Shown here: positions 8,868-17,741 of the stretch, piece after piece
How the letters are laid out: each line of letters opens with the position of its first letter
Position numbering within the stretch: position 1 is the first letter of the stretch
Virus record (IMG/VR): IMGVR_UViG_3300027759_000045
Span: 1 to 64,000 of that record
Strand: one strand, 5' to 3'
Length of the DNA stretch: 64,000 bases
Program-made: the position numbers and the translations under genes
The notes under the pieces: generated by a model
Seen by the model: only the letters and a program-made list of their open reading frames with translations
The model's database searches: none
What the model was told of the DNA's origin: nothing

Positions 8868-9093
8868 GACTTTTAGTTTTGAAATACGAGATGCCGAAAG
8901 TTTCAGGCACAGTATCTCAATAACCAAACCATTTGGATCACTTGATTCGGTGATAGACTGGGCCAAGACCGAACTCACGGAAGAATGGCGCTGGCAAGTG
9001 GTACGCACCAGTTCGGATCGCATGCCAGGTACCTACGTATTTTACTTTGATTCCGAATCTGATTACTTGGCATTCACAATGAAATTTGCCTGA
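8839..9093 (+). CDS. Hypothetical protein (FxLxW-terminal family)
   Basis: C-terminal FYFDSESDYLAFTMKF. Confidence 0.6.
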   Translation: MKTTLTKRSKTFSFEIRDAESFRHSISITKPFGSLDSVIDWAKTELTEEWRWQVVRTSSDRMPGTYVFYFDSESDYLAFTMKFA

Positions 9094-9097
9094 CAGG

Positions 9098-9126
9098 TTG
9101 ACAAATAATAAGAAGTTTGCTATACT
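9098..9126 (+). promoter_or_regulatory. Sigma70-type early promoter
   Basis: ggTTGACA-17nt-TATACT. Confidence 0.75.
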
Positions 9127-9152
9127 ACAAGCAATCTTACAAAGGTGTTAGA

Positions 9153-9368
9153 ATGCCATCCATTAACGGACTTACATATTACCAAAAAGACCTGCTTGAC
9201 TGCATGTGGGAAATTGATACTCCTGAGGAATTTCAAGAATGGTACCTTAATCTCGACCACTACGATCAGAAAGAAGTAGACCTGTTAAAATTGATGCTGG
9301 TGTATGATCTACTGGATGAAGTGTACAATCTTGACCAAGCCCGTGAAGTGATTGATCGAGTAAAATGA
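9153..9368 (+). CDS. Hypothetical early protein
   Basis: AAGGTG SD before MPSINGL. Confidence 0.6.
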   Translation: MPSINGLTYYQKDLLDCMWEIDTPEEFQEWYLNLDHYDQKEVDLLKLMLVYDLLDEVYNLDQAREVIDRVK

Positions 9369-9697
9369 ACCATCAATTTGTAATCATGTGGGACTGCAAC
9401 GGTCTTGAATACATTGGCGACATCACAGCAGACGATCAACGAATGATTGTGGAAAGCCTTCGAGGCAACAACAGTCCACGTCGTGCGTTGGCCAATCCGC
9501 ACCATCTGCGACTTAGAGCACAGTTCAATCCACAACGCCACTACGAGATTTACATTGTGGAAGCCACTGACGGCATCACAGAGGCGGATATCCGTGACAT
9601 GTTTGAAGCGTCACCACAAACAGCCGCTGACACCATACGTGAACTTGGTACTGTGTTTTACAGTGACCGTGCCACCCAAAAAGCGGCAATTGTCTAA
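9365..9697 (+). CDS. Hypothetical early protein
   Basis: Coupled ORF; MWDCNGLE, RAQFNPQRHYEIY. Confidence 0.65.
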   Translation: MNHQFVIMWDCNGLEYIGDITADDQRMIVESLRGNNSPRRALANPHHLRLRAQFNPQRHYEIYIVEATDGITEADIRDMFEASPQTAADTIRELGTVFYSDRATQKAAIV

Positions 9698-9722
9698 CCA
9701 ATCAGTCCGAGCAAGCTAGAGG

Positions 9723-9751
9723 TTGACGAATAAGACAATCCGTTATATAAT
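9723..9751 (+). promoter_or_regulatory. Sigma70-type promoter
   Basis: ggTTGACG-17nt-TATAAT. Confidence 0.75.
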
Positions 9752-9826
9752 ACACACATAGTTTAAATAGTTTAGACTATGTTTTATTAACCAATCCCGC
9801 ATTGTGTCGGGTAAAGAAGGAAGATT

Positions 9827-10879
9827 ATGGCACAGAAACGACTTACACGTAAACTCACGGACGTCATTGCCGAAGTTGAAACACAACTCAAAGCACATTA
9901 CGGCGTCACACAAAAAGAACTTGACGCTTGGCGGGCCCGAGCAAAAGCTCTATCACATAAATTCCCTATCAGTTCAATGATCCAAATCGAGGATCTATGG
10001 ATTGACTACGAAGTTCAACGAGATGTGCTACACAAGCACATTATCAACATCATGCGAAAATGGGATCCACGCATCTGCTCCCCCGGTTCTGCCTGTCGCT
10101 TTGGTGGAAAGCCTCCAATCTATCTGTATGACGCACAACATCGCACTATTGCCGCAGGTATTTTAGGCTTTACAGAAATCCCGTGTGCTGTGGTAGAAAC
10201 AGACGACCCTAACTTTGCTAGCTACGCATTTGAAATGCTCAACGATACAGGCGTTAAACGTCTTACACCCGGTGACCTCCATCGTAATGCCTTGGTGCGT
10301 TACAAGAACGGCAGTCCAGATGTTAAGGTAGCTCGTGCTCGCAAAATGCAAGATCAATTTGATTCCGCTGGCATTGACCTTCAAGACAAAGGTTCTCGTA
10401 ACAGCGACAACCTACGTGGTGATAACGACTACTTCTTCAGTCACTTTAAGTATGCACAAAAAGGAATCGAAGTAGATGAGAAGGGTAAAGTTTTGTTTGA
10501 AATCTTAAATTCTATTAAAATAGCCTTTCCGTTGCAAGAAGAAATTGATCAAGGTGTTTACATTGGACTTTTAGAATTGCACAAGTTGAGCCGTGCAGAA
10601 ACTACCGCATTACCAAATCAATGGATAATTGAATTACTAAATGTAGTTAAGAAAACATTCAAGAGCTCTGGGTTAATACATGCCAAAGCCAAAGTGCAAT
10701 GGGAACATGTGAACCCAGGCGGCACCTGGACTGCTCCTACTGCTATGAGCAACTTTATGCGGGAGTTGTATATTCGCAACGGTGGCACCAAATTAAACTT
10801 GCCCTATCACGGAGAAGGCGCTAAAATGGGTATTACTGAAGGCAATGTTGCCCCAGGTTTATTCCCAGAGGAGAATTGA
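9827..10879 (+). CDS. ParB/Srx-fold DGQHR-like protein
   Basis: IDYEVQRD and LYDAQHRT motifs, then F..LN. Confidence 0.65.
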   Translation: MAQKRLTRKLTDVIAEVETQLKAHYGVTQKELDAWRARAKALSHKFPISSMIQIEDLWIDYEVQRDVLHKHIINIMRKWDPRICSPGSACRFGGKPPIYLYDAQHRTIAAGILGFTEIPCAVVETDDPNFASYAFEMLNDTGVKRLTPGDLHRNALVRYKNGSPDVKVARARKMQDQFDSAGIDLQDKGSRNSDNLRGDNDYFFSHFKYAQKGIEVDEKGKVLFEILNSIKIAFPLQEEIDQGVYIGLLELHKLSRAETTALPNQWIIELLNVVKKTFKSSGLIHAKAKVQWEHVNPGGTWTAPTAMSNFMRELYIRNGGTKLNLPYHGEGAKMGITEGNVAPGLFPEEN

Positions 10880-10880
10880 A

Positions 10881-11393
10881 ATGAGTCACTTTCTTTATAT
10901 ACACAAGGACATGTCCAATGTTGCCGGCGTTTGGAAAGTAGGAGTGGCAATGACCCCTTACTCTGCGGTACGGGCACGACAAAAATTTTGTTGGAACAAA
11001 TTCCATCTTGACTATCTTTATTTTGGATTACCCGGGCATGTTAAGTCGTTGGAAAAAACTATCAAATATAGATTCAACCATCTTACTGGTAAACAGGCAC
11101 AGGGCACCAGTGCCAACACAGAAATGATCAAAATAGATATTGAGATTTTGCTAAAAGAAATTAAAGAGATAATCGAAGAACATGATCTCAAAATTCATCA
11201 ATTGGAATTGGCCGATCCGTATAGCGCCGCTAAAAGTGGTGATTGTCCGTTTGGGATTCCTTCGGAAGTATATGCCGTTGCCTGGTTGCAACGCAAAGCA
11301 AAACATTTCTTTAAAACAGAAGATCTTGAATACCCTCGAAAAATCAAACTCAACGCTAGAACAATGTTTAATGAATTGTTTGCAGTATGTTAA
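10881..11393 (+). CDS. GIY-YIG/T5orf172-like nuclease-domain protein
   Basis: FLYI...WKVG...R..Q...LEK.I pattern; GAGGAG SD. Confidence 0.5.
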   Translation: MSHFLYIHKDMSNVAGVWKVGVAMTPYSAVRARQKFCWNKFHLDYLYFGLPGHVKSLEKTIKYRFNHLTGKQAQGTSANTEMIKIDIEILLKEIKEIIEEHDLKIHQLELADPYSAAKSGDCPFGIPSEVYAVAWLQRKAKHFFKTEDLEYPRKIKLNARTMFNELFAVC

Positions 11394-11947
11394 AAGAATC
11401 TTTAGATAATTTTACTGCACCTGTGTATGGTAAGACCAAGCGCAGTGCCGAAACTTACCGGACTGTGGCAAAGCATTGCCGTACTCATCTTGAACGGTTG
11501 GTTAGTGAATATCAAACAGTTAAGAATGACCAACAATGGTTGCGTGAAATTCGCAACGACATTGATTACTATCTGCGCCGTTATCATGAATACTGTATCC
11601 AACAACGTGATGGAATGAAAGCACACTATCATGAAGTTGGTGCAGACGACGACTGTGACTTTGAACACCTGATTCCGGCCAGTCGTATTCGTGACCTGTT
11701 GTTGGCCAGTGCTGTCACAGTTGAGCAGGCATTAAATGCTCCAACTGTGAGATTGAGCCGTGCCAAACACATGGCATTAAAAGATGCTGGGTGGGCGGCC
11801 AAGACTCCGGACATGTGGCTACCATTTAAACGCTACACCAACGTATTTGAGGCCACGTATCAAACGCACGATGGCACGGAAATAGATCCAGAAACTTGGA
11901 CTTTGGAACGGCATTTTGACTATTTTAAGCACTTGGTTATAGGGTAA
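11387..11947 (+). CDS. Putative HNH/His-Me finger-like protein
   Basis: DFEHLIP motif followed by N..T..L...KH. Confidence 0.45.
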   Translation: MLKESLDNFTAPVYGKTKRSAETYRTVAKHCRTHLERLVSEYQTVKNDQQWLREIRNDIDYYLRRYHEYCIQQRDGMKAHYHEVGADDDCDFEHLIPASRIRDLLLASAVTVEQALNAPTVRLSRAKHMALKDAGWAAKTPDMWLPFKRYTNVFEATYQTHDGTEIDPETWTLERHFDYFKHLVIG

Positions 11948-11974
11948 TTTTGTTGTGTAAAAACAACACTAGTT

Positions 11975-12006
11975 CGGTTGACCAATTATTGCCATTTTGC
12001 TATAAT
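11975..12006 (+). promoter_or_regulatory. Sigma70 promoter, copy 1 of a 32-bp repeat
   Basis: cggTTGACCaattattgccattttgcTATAAT. Confidence 0.8.
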
Positions 12007-12012
12007 TAGTGT

Positions 12013-12213
12013 ATGAAAAATGCAACATTATCCCGTCCCGAACTGCTAAACGAGTTCGAAGTGCTCCAAGTCGCTGACTACATGGAGCAAAAACATCCTG
12101 ATTTACACTACACAATGACACCGGGAAACCAGTGCATTTGGGTGTACTACCAAAGTATTAACTTGTATTTTGTGTTTCGAGCCGGAAAAATCGCTGACAT
12201 CCAAATAGATTAA
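12013..12213 (+). CDS. Hypothetical early protein
   Basis: ATG 6 nt after TATAAT. Confidence 0.6.
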   Translation: MKNATLSRPELLNEFEVLQVADYMEQKHPDLHYTMTPGNQCIWVYYQSINLYFVFRAGKIADIQID

Positions 12214-12215
12214 AA

Positions 12216-12247
12216 CGGTTGACCAATTATTCCCAATTTGCTATAAT
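12216..12247 (+). promoter_or_regulatory. Sigma70 promoter, copy 2 of a 32-bp repeat
   Basis: cggTTGACCaattattcccaatttgcTATAAT, 30/32 identical to copy 1. Confidence 0.8.
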
Positions 12248-12278
12248 AGAAGTATAGTAAGTAAAAAGGAGTTAAAAA

Positions 12279-12557
12279 ATGTCATACGTAATCGTAGCTA
12301 AAGGTACCGGATTAATTGTCACAGACGGTCCCAATAAAACCCGTGCATACAAAACTTTTGGTGCCGCCAAAGCCACCAGAACTCGGTTGTGTAACAAAGC
12401 AGGTTGGAACGAAAGCCAACTGAACATTGTAAGCCGTGCAACCTACACCGCACCCAAGATCACTGTTCGCAACATGATGACGGGCAAGTCTGTGGAAATT
12501 GACGCAGACACACCTTGGGCTTGCCGAGTTGACAGCGAAGCATTTTGGAGCAATTGA
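12279..12557 (+). CDS. Hypothetical early protein
   Basis: AAGGAG SD; C-terminal TPWAC..DSEAFWS. Confidence 0.7.
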   Translation: MSYVIVAKGTGLIVTDGPNKTRAYKTFGAAKATRTRLCNKAGWNESQLNIVSRATYTAPKITVRNMMTGKSVEIDADTPWACRVDSEAFWSN

Positions 12558-12558
12558 T

Positions 12559-12792
12559 ATGATGCACAAAAACGTACAAAAACTTATCAATGATTATCAG
12601 ACAATTCTGGACCGAGATCCCTTGGATCAGATGGAAGACACGCAGAGCATTCTCGCTCGCTTTGCTCAACAGTTGGCCACCGAGCTAGGTGAAATCGTAG
12701 TAGCAAGTCCGTTCAATGAAGGTACTCGCATGTACTTTGACGAGAAGATTGCTCGCTACGAAATTAAAAAGAGTGTGGGTTTGGTTGACTAA
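12559..12792 (+). CDS. Hypothetical protein
   Basis: ORF immediately after the previous stop. Confidence 0.55.
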   Translation: MMHKNVQKLINDYQTILDRDPLDQMEDTQSILARFAQQLATELGEIVVASPFNEGTRMYFDEKIARYEIKKSVGLVD

Positions 12793-12813
12793 CAAATCCC
12801 CGTTTGCTACAAT
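12785..12813 (+). promoter_or_regulatory. Sigma70-type promoter
   Basis: ggTTGACT-17nt-TACAAT. Confidence 0.7.
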
Positions 12814-12842
12814 ACTTGTATAGAAATTAAAAAGGATTTCAA

Positions 12843-13079
12843 ATGATTTTAGACCTACACATGAGGCCCACTATTTGTTTTGACAGCGCAAATCATCAAC
12901 ATCGCAGATGGTTCGCTGAGTTTCAAAAAAATCGCACATGGAGCAAGTGCCCAGTTCGATTTGCAGTGCCAGGCGACAGCAGTGGCGGTGACTTGGTTGC
13001 AATGATCCAAAAATCTCTGTTGGTATATTACGTTTCCAAAGAGTTTTCTCCACGTAAACAGAAAGTGAAAGCATCATGA
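12843..13079 (+). CDS. Hypothetical early protein
   Basis: AAGGA SD; W..CPVRF motif. Confidence 0.65.
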   Translation: MILDLHMRPTICFDSANHQHRRWFAEFQKNRTWSKCPVRFAVPGDSSGGDLVAMIQKSLLVYYVSKEFSPRKQKVKAS

Positions 13080-13201
13080 GATTCGTTATAGGATTTGTAT
13101 TGGGGTTGGTAGTGGCCAGTGTGGGCTTTTCGGGTATTGCCCGTATGCTGGACCGTGGTGTCCAAACTATCCAAACTCAAAGTCAAGAATTGGCCAAGTG
13201 A
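13076..13201 (+). CDS. Small membrane protein (41 aa; not in ORF track)
   Basis: MRFVIGFVLGLVVASVGFSGIARMLDRGV...; ATGA overlap. Confidence 0.6.
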   Translation: MRFVIGFVLGLVVASVGFSGIARMLDRGVQTIQTQSQELAK

Positions 13202-13229
13202 TTTTGGCAAACCAGAATACACTTTGTGG

Positions 13230-13258
13230 TTGACAATCTAAACAAGATCAACTACAAT
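13230..13258 (+). promoter_or_regulatory. Sigma70-type promoter
   Basis: ggTTGACA-17nt-TACAAT. Confidence 0.7.
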
Positions 13259-13327
13259 ATGTATATGTTGAGCAGTAAGGCACAGCATTTTTTTAAACTT
13301 AGATAGGCAACATTAAAAGGCAACATT

Positions 13328-13675
13328 ATGACAGAAAAACTCTTTACAGTGGCAGGTACCGCAACTAACGCAGATGGTACCACAAAGGCTCGTTTTGCTA
13401 ACGACTTGGTGGCTCGCATCAAGATCCTCAACAAGGCCAAATGCACTGCCATTAACTTGGTAGAGCTGCCCCATGCAATGACCAAGCTCGAGGCTCTGCA
13501 GTTCTTGCAGGACACACAGGGCTACACAGGTGACGCCAGTTACGCTGTGGCTAACAAATTGGCTGAGAAAACCAAAGTCGCTAAAAAAGGCGAAGTTACA
13601 ATCTCTGCCAAGAGTGCCAAGCCCAGCAAGAGCACAGTGACTGCCAAGCAATTGGTAGAAGCTGCCAAAGCCTAA
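13328..13675 (+). CDS. Hypothetical Lys/Ala-rich protein
   Basis: FTVAG..KARFAND, ELPHAMTK; own promoter and terminator. Confidence 0.7.
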   Translation: MTEKLFTVAGTATNADGTTKARFANDLVARIKILNKAKCTAINLVELPHAMTKLEALQFLQDTQGYTGDASYAVANKLAEKTKVAKKGEVTISAKSAKPSKSTVTAKQLVEAAKA

Positions 13676-13693
13676 ACAACTTGGGCACAACAC

Positions 13694-13717
13694 AAAGCGG
13701 CTTCGGCCGCTTTTTTT
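13694..13717 (+). terminator. Rho-independent terminator
   Basis: aaagcggc-ttcg-gccgc-ttttttt. Confidence 0.9.
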
Positions 13718-13739
13718 ATTAAGTGTTATAACTAATACT

Positions 13740-13979
13740 ATGCTAGACGACGACGAAAAACTAGATGAAGATATCCGTGCCCATGTGCTGAGTTTAATGT
13801 ATGTACTTTATGAGTACGGATTACGAGACGTTCACATGGGAGGCCTGTTGCGCATACTGGGAGTGCCAGATACCGTGGCCGCAGGGTTTGATGACCGGGT
13901 ATTGGGACTAGATGCTGACTTTGCTAAGTATATGAACGACATTCAGTCGGGCAGAGACTTGAGCCAAACACTACATTAA
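13740..13979 (+). CDS. Hypothetical protein
   Basis: ORF 5 nt after TAACTA. Confidence 0.6.
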   Translation: MLDDDEKLDEDIRAHVLSLMYVLYEYGLRDVHMGGLLRILGVPDTVAAGFDDRVLGLDADFAKYMNDIQSGRDLSQTLH

Positions 13980-14224
13980 TGACCGTACCCTCCTACAAAA
14001 GCAACACCGCACTTTATATCATAGCACTGAGAGATGATGATGCCAAAAGCAAACTCACTAAATGGGTAAACTCGCATTCCAATGCCAGTGCCCGAGTTGA
14101 GGAGCATCGTCTCCAAATTTACGATCAAAACACCTTGAACCTTTTTGTGGTATCCTGGACTCACGGTATCGGCAACCTTACAGTTTGGGATTGTTGGAAT
14201 CGGCGACATATCTACTTAGATTAG
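13979..14224 (+). CDS. Hypothetical protein
   Basis: TAATG coupling. Confidence 0.6.
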   Translation: MTVPSYKSNTALYIIALRDDDAKSKLTKWVNSHSNASARVEEHRLQIYDQNTLNLFVVSWTHGIGNLTVWDCWNRRHIYLD

Positions 14225-14253
14225 TTGACACACAGAAAAAAATGCTGTATACT
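14225..14253 (+). promoter_or_regulatory. Sigma70-type promoter
   Basis: TTGACA-17nt-TATACT. Confidence 0.7.
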
Positions 14254-14299
14254 GTACACAGTGTTAAGTAAACACGTTATAACTTTTAAAGGAACAAAA

Positions 14300-14491
14300 A
14301 TGACACAACATGAACAAATCGTAGCCGCTTATGAATCTTACCTCGCTGAAAACGAGAAGTTTACTGCCAAAGGTGTTAAGGCCGCTGCCGCTCGTGCCCG
14401 CAAAGCACTACAGGAAATGAGCAAAGGCATCAAAGAACGCCGCAAAGAAATCACAGCAGAAAAAGAAGCCCTGGCCACCACTGCCAAGTGA
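14300..14491 (+). CDS. Histone H1-like (Hc1-family) small basic protein
   Basis: KGVKAAAARARKALQEM...ERRK motif; AAGGA SD. Confidence 0.7.
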   Translation: MTQHEQIVAAYESYLAENEKFTAKGVKAAAARARKALQEMSKGIKERRKEITAEKEALATTAK

Positions 14492-14495
14492 TCCA

Positions 14496-14660
14496 ATGAA
14501 CACACGCACCGTGCAAGTGGTCGAAGATCCGGAAAATCCGGAAGAGCTACTTCTGGATCTAGGCAATGAATTATGTGCCGAACTTGGGTGGCAAGTCGGC
14601 GACACAGTTACATGGACAGATAACAAGGACGGCACATGGACTCTACACAAAAACAACTAG
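14496..14660 (+). CDS. AbrB/MazE-like small protein (54 aa; not in ORF track)
   Basis: ELLLDLGNELCAELGWQVGDTVTW swapped-hairpin pattern. Confidence 0.6.
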   Translation: MNTRTVQVVEDPENPEELLLDLGNELCAELGWQVGDTVTWTDNKDGTWTLHKNN

Positions 14661-15127
14661 ATCTATGGGACTATGGTACTGATACCATTACCATTACCGG
14701 TAGCGGATCGTCTGGCAATGTGTTAACAACCGATACCATTGATCTGAGTTCACTAGACTTGAGCAGTACATTTGATTATAGTAGTTTATCAAACACTATT
14801 ATAAGCCAGTCTCATACCGGAAGATACACCTATGACACAGGTATGTCTCCTAACCTGACTGTAGGCACATCAATTAATACCAGTGGCACAATAGATCTGC
14901 GTGGCGACAATGCTGACATTGTGGTAAACGGTGTCAGCCTGATGGACAAACTTGATGCCATTGCTGAGCGTCTTAACCTGTTAGACGTCAACAAAGAACT
15001 TGAAGCAGAATGGGATCAACTTCGAGAGCTGCGTGAACGCTATCGACAACTTGAGCAAGATCTCAAAATCAAGTCGGCGATGTGGAAAACACTAAAAACC
15101 AAAACGCCCAGTAAACCGCGCAGTTAA
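14636..15127 (+). CDS. Hypothetical protein (S/T-rich N-terminus, coiled-coil C-terminus)
   Basis: 163 aa ORF. Confidence 0.6.
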   Translation: MDSTQKQLDLWDYGTDTITITGSGSSGNVLTTDTIDLSSLDLSSTFDYSSLSNTIISQSHTGRYTYDTGMSPNLTVGTSINTSGTIDLRGDNADIVVNGVSLMDKLDAIAERLNLLDVNKELEAEWDQLRELRERYRQLEQDLKIKSAMWKTLKTKTPSKPRS

Positions 15128-15194
15128 CGGCAAAAGTGTTTCGTTTCAGCCCGGTTTGTCCGGGGATCTACAACCATTGAGTAAGTACAAGCCT

Positions 15195-15773
15195 ATGGAA
15201 ACAAACTTAATTTTTAAAAATATCGACTTCGTACCTTGGCTCTCGCGAGCGTTAAAGACTGTGGGATTGGCTGGAGTGGCAATCGCAGTAGTAGCAGTTT
15301 GCCAAGCACGACTAGACAACCTGCGACTAGCACAGAATAACATGCCGCCTGGATATGTCACTGCCGCAGAACAGACACGTCAGTTAGAATGCCTAACTCG
15401 CAACATCTATTGGGAAGCTGCATCAGAGCCATTTGAAGGCAAAGTAGCAGTGGCCCAGGTCACACTGAATCGCATGCAATCGGGCAAGTTTGCAGATTCA
15501 GTCTGTGGAGTTGTACATCAAAAGAATGTGTTCTACGAAAAGGTAGTATGCCAATTTTCCTGGTACTGCGAAGGCAATCACAAAGTAAAAGCCATACACA
15601 AACCCATGTGGCGCGAATCTGAAGAAGTGGCCAAGAAGGTCTTGCTTGAGGGATTTAGATTACCCAGTTTGCATAAAGCACTGTACTATCATGCAGACTA
15701 TGTAAACCCCGGATGGAAACATCCTAAAATTGAAAAAATTGGTCGTCATATTTTTTACGGAGAACGCTCATGA
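15195..15773 (+). CDS. Cell wall hydrolase (SleB/Hydrolase_2 family)
   Basis: CLTRNIYWEA.SEP..GKVAVAQV.LNR, CQFSW, YYHADYVNP.W, IGRHIFY. Confidence 0.9.
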   Translation: METNLIFKNIDFVPWLSRALKTVGLAGVAIAVVAVCQARLDNLRLAQNNMPPGYVTAAEQTRQLECLTRNIYWEAASEPFEGKVAVAQVTLNRMQSGKFADSVCGVVHQKNVFYEKVVCQFSWYCEGNHKVKAIHKPMWRESEEVAKKVLLEGFRLPSLHKALYYHADYVNPGWKHPKIEKIGRHIFYGERS

Positions 15774-16066
15774 ACATCGAATCAGTACGCAACTTTCTTT
15801 CCACAACCCTTACCAAAATCTCTGCAGAAACACTGGGTTGGTTGGCAGCCATTGTAATCCACGCTGCCACTATTCCTACCCTGCTGGCCTTGATGACTGG
15901 ACTGAGTGATCGTACACCCAATTTGGATGTTGTACTGTTTGCCTGGGCCGGGCTGGTATTACTGTTCTTTAGAGCAGTGGTGCTCAAAGATTTATTAAAC
16001 ATCATCACAATTGGCCTGGGTTTTATTATCCAAGCCGTGTTGATGGCTTTGATTCTTTTTAAATGA
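15770..16066 (+). CDS. Small multi-pass membrane protein
   Basis: Three hydrophobic segments. Confidence 0.65.
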   Translation: MNIESVRNFLSTTLTKISAETLGWLAAIVIHAATIPTLLALMTGLSDRTPNLDVVLFAWAGLVLLFFRAVVLKDLLNIITIGLGFIIQAVLMALILFK

Positions 16067-16788
16067 CCATACCCAACTTTGTGGTACTAGACAGCATACA
16101 TGGTCGGTTTATTGTGAACCGACACTGTGCTTTCCAAGCTGAAGCACTGGTCAAAACAGGTGCCACCCACATCGAAGGTGAACTTGCCAACATCTTTGTG
16201 TTGATAGATACCTTGCCCACAGGTGCTGTGATCATTGATGGTGGCGCCAATGCTGGATTCTTTACTATCCCAGTGGCCAACAGAATCCGTGGCCGCGGGC
16301 AACGAATCATCAGCTTTGAACCGCAACTGACACTGTTCCGTGCGCTGTCTGGCAGCCTGGCCTTGAACGACATTGACTTTTGTGATTTACGCTATGCTGG
16401 ACTTGGTGATGCACCTGGCACAGCTCGGGTTCCGGATATCGATTACGGAACACCACAGGACTTTGGCACAGTACAGATCAGTGCAACCGGTTCTGGCACA
16501 CCTGTTGAAGTTACAACGATTGACAGCTTGGGATTGGAACGTGTAGACTTTATCAAGTTAGATGTAGAAGGCTACGAGTGTGCCGCATTGGCCGGCGGAA
16601 TTGGTATGATCCAACAGCACCGGCCCTACATCTGGATAGAGTTCTTTATCACCGGCAAGGAACCAATTAAGGCTAGTTTGGCTGGAGTGCCAGATTACGC
16701 CTTTTTCCAAGTGGATTACCAAAACATGCTGTGTATTCCAAGAGAACGCTTGCCCGAAATTAAGTTTTCCGGCGTGGCCGAATGCTAG
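16063..16788 (+). CDS. FkbM-family SAM methyltransferase
   Basis: IDGGANAG, SFEPQ, FIKLDVEGYE. Confidence 0.85.
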   Translation: MTIPNFVVLDSIHGRFIVNRHCAFQAEALVKTGATHIEGELANIFVLIDTLPTGAVIIDGGANAGFFTIPVANRIRGRGQRIISFEPQLTLFRALSGSLALNDIDFCDLRYAGLGDAPGTARVPDIDYGTPQDFGTVQISATGSGTPVEVTTIDSLGLERVDFIKLDVEGYECAALAGGIGMIQQHRPYIWIEFFITGKEPIKASLAGVPDYAFFQVDYQNMLCIPRERLPEIKFSGVAEC

Positions 16789-16817
16789 TTGACTATTAAA
16801 TCTTGGTGTGCTATAAT
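16789..16817 (+). promoter_or_regulatory. Sigma70-type promoter
   Basis: TTGACT-17nt-TATAAT with extended TG. Confidence 0.75.
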
Positions 16818-16843
16818 ACTAGCATGATTAACAGAGTTCAATT

Positions 16844-17083
16844 ATGACCAATACTAAAAAACCAATGAAGGTAGAATTTGCTCCCGGAGCCCTTGATCAT
16901 CTTGACGTGGAGGATCAAGCAGAACTGGATGCTGTGATGAAAGAAATTACAGAAATGTTTGCCAACATGACGCCAGAAGAACTTGAAGCACAGAGTCGTC
17001 CCATTGACTGGGACAGTCTTGATGACGAAGAACGTGTTATCCTCGAGCAGGCAATCAACAATGAACCAAGGAAACTACAATGA
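16844..17083 (+). CDS. Hypothetical acidic protein
   Basis: 79 aa ORF. Confidence 0.6.
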   Translation: MTNTKKPMKVEFAPGALDHLDVEDQAELDAVMKEITEMFANMTPEELEAQSRPIDWDSLDDEERVILEQAINNEPRKLQ

Positions 17084-17472
17084 GCATGCATCTTGAACAT
17101 CCTGCACTAAGCTATAACGGCAAGAAAAAAGGCAAGATTAAATTCCGCAACGCAGAAGAAGCACGTAAGGCACGTGAGCTTGACGCATCATGGAAAGAAC
17201 TACAGGCCAAGTGGGAATTAGATGCCAATGAAAAACGTCGTCAACGTGCGCTGGCAGCCGAACCCCTAAGCTACAGTTTGAACACACCCATTGGTCGTAC
17301 AAACACACACCACATTCCCAGCCGTGTGACCCCGGGTTCTTCAACTGCACCTGTTCATAAAGTGTACACAGGTACAAAAGTTCTTGGCATTGGCACCATG
17401 CACAAATCCAATGCAGTACCTATCTTTTCCAACGAAGAGGCACATGACATTGCCACAATGAGGAGAGGATAA
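17080..17472 (+). CDS. Conserved phage hypothetical protein
   Basis: C-terminal YTGTKVLGIGTMHKSNAVP motif typical of large myophages. Confidence 0.7.
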   Translation: MSMHLEHPALSYNGKKKGKIKFRNAEEARKARELDASWKELQAKWELDANEKRRQRALAAEPLSYSLNTPIGRTNTHHIPSRVTPGSSTAPVHKVYTGTKVLGIGTMHKSNAVPIFSNEEAHDIATMRRG

Positions 17473-17741
17473 TGATGCATCCGGCAGCACTTAATAACTT
17501 GGTGCATGAAACCTTTATTGACATGCCCAAACGTGTGCAGGTTCACAAATGGTGTGAACAACAGTTTGGCCGTGCCTGGGAACCATTCAACAATCGAGAA
17601 GGACGTTGGACCATGATCTGGGGCGGACATGACGAAGACACTCGAACCCTGATCAATGAGAAACTCACCAAATCTAACAAGTACAAAGTTTGCTTTGAGG
17701 ATGAACAAGATTTGGCTGTGTTTAAACTGACCTGGTCATGA
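17472..17741 (+). CDS. Hypothetical protein (FxLxW family)
   Basis: WC..QFG...FEDEQDLAVFKLTWS. Confidence 0.65.
   Translation: MMHPAALNNLVHETFIDMPKRVQVHKWCEQQFGRAWEPFNNREGRWTMIWGGHDEDTRTLINEKLTKSNKYKVCFEDEQDLAVFKLTWS

Noticed and set aside
9827-10879. Partitioning ParB or a full Dnd phosphorothioation system
   Set aside because: No ParA/parS and no DndC/D/E-like genes are recognisable nearby
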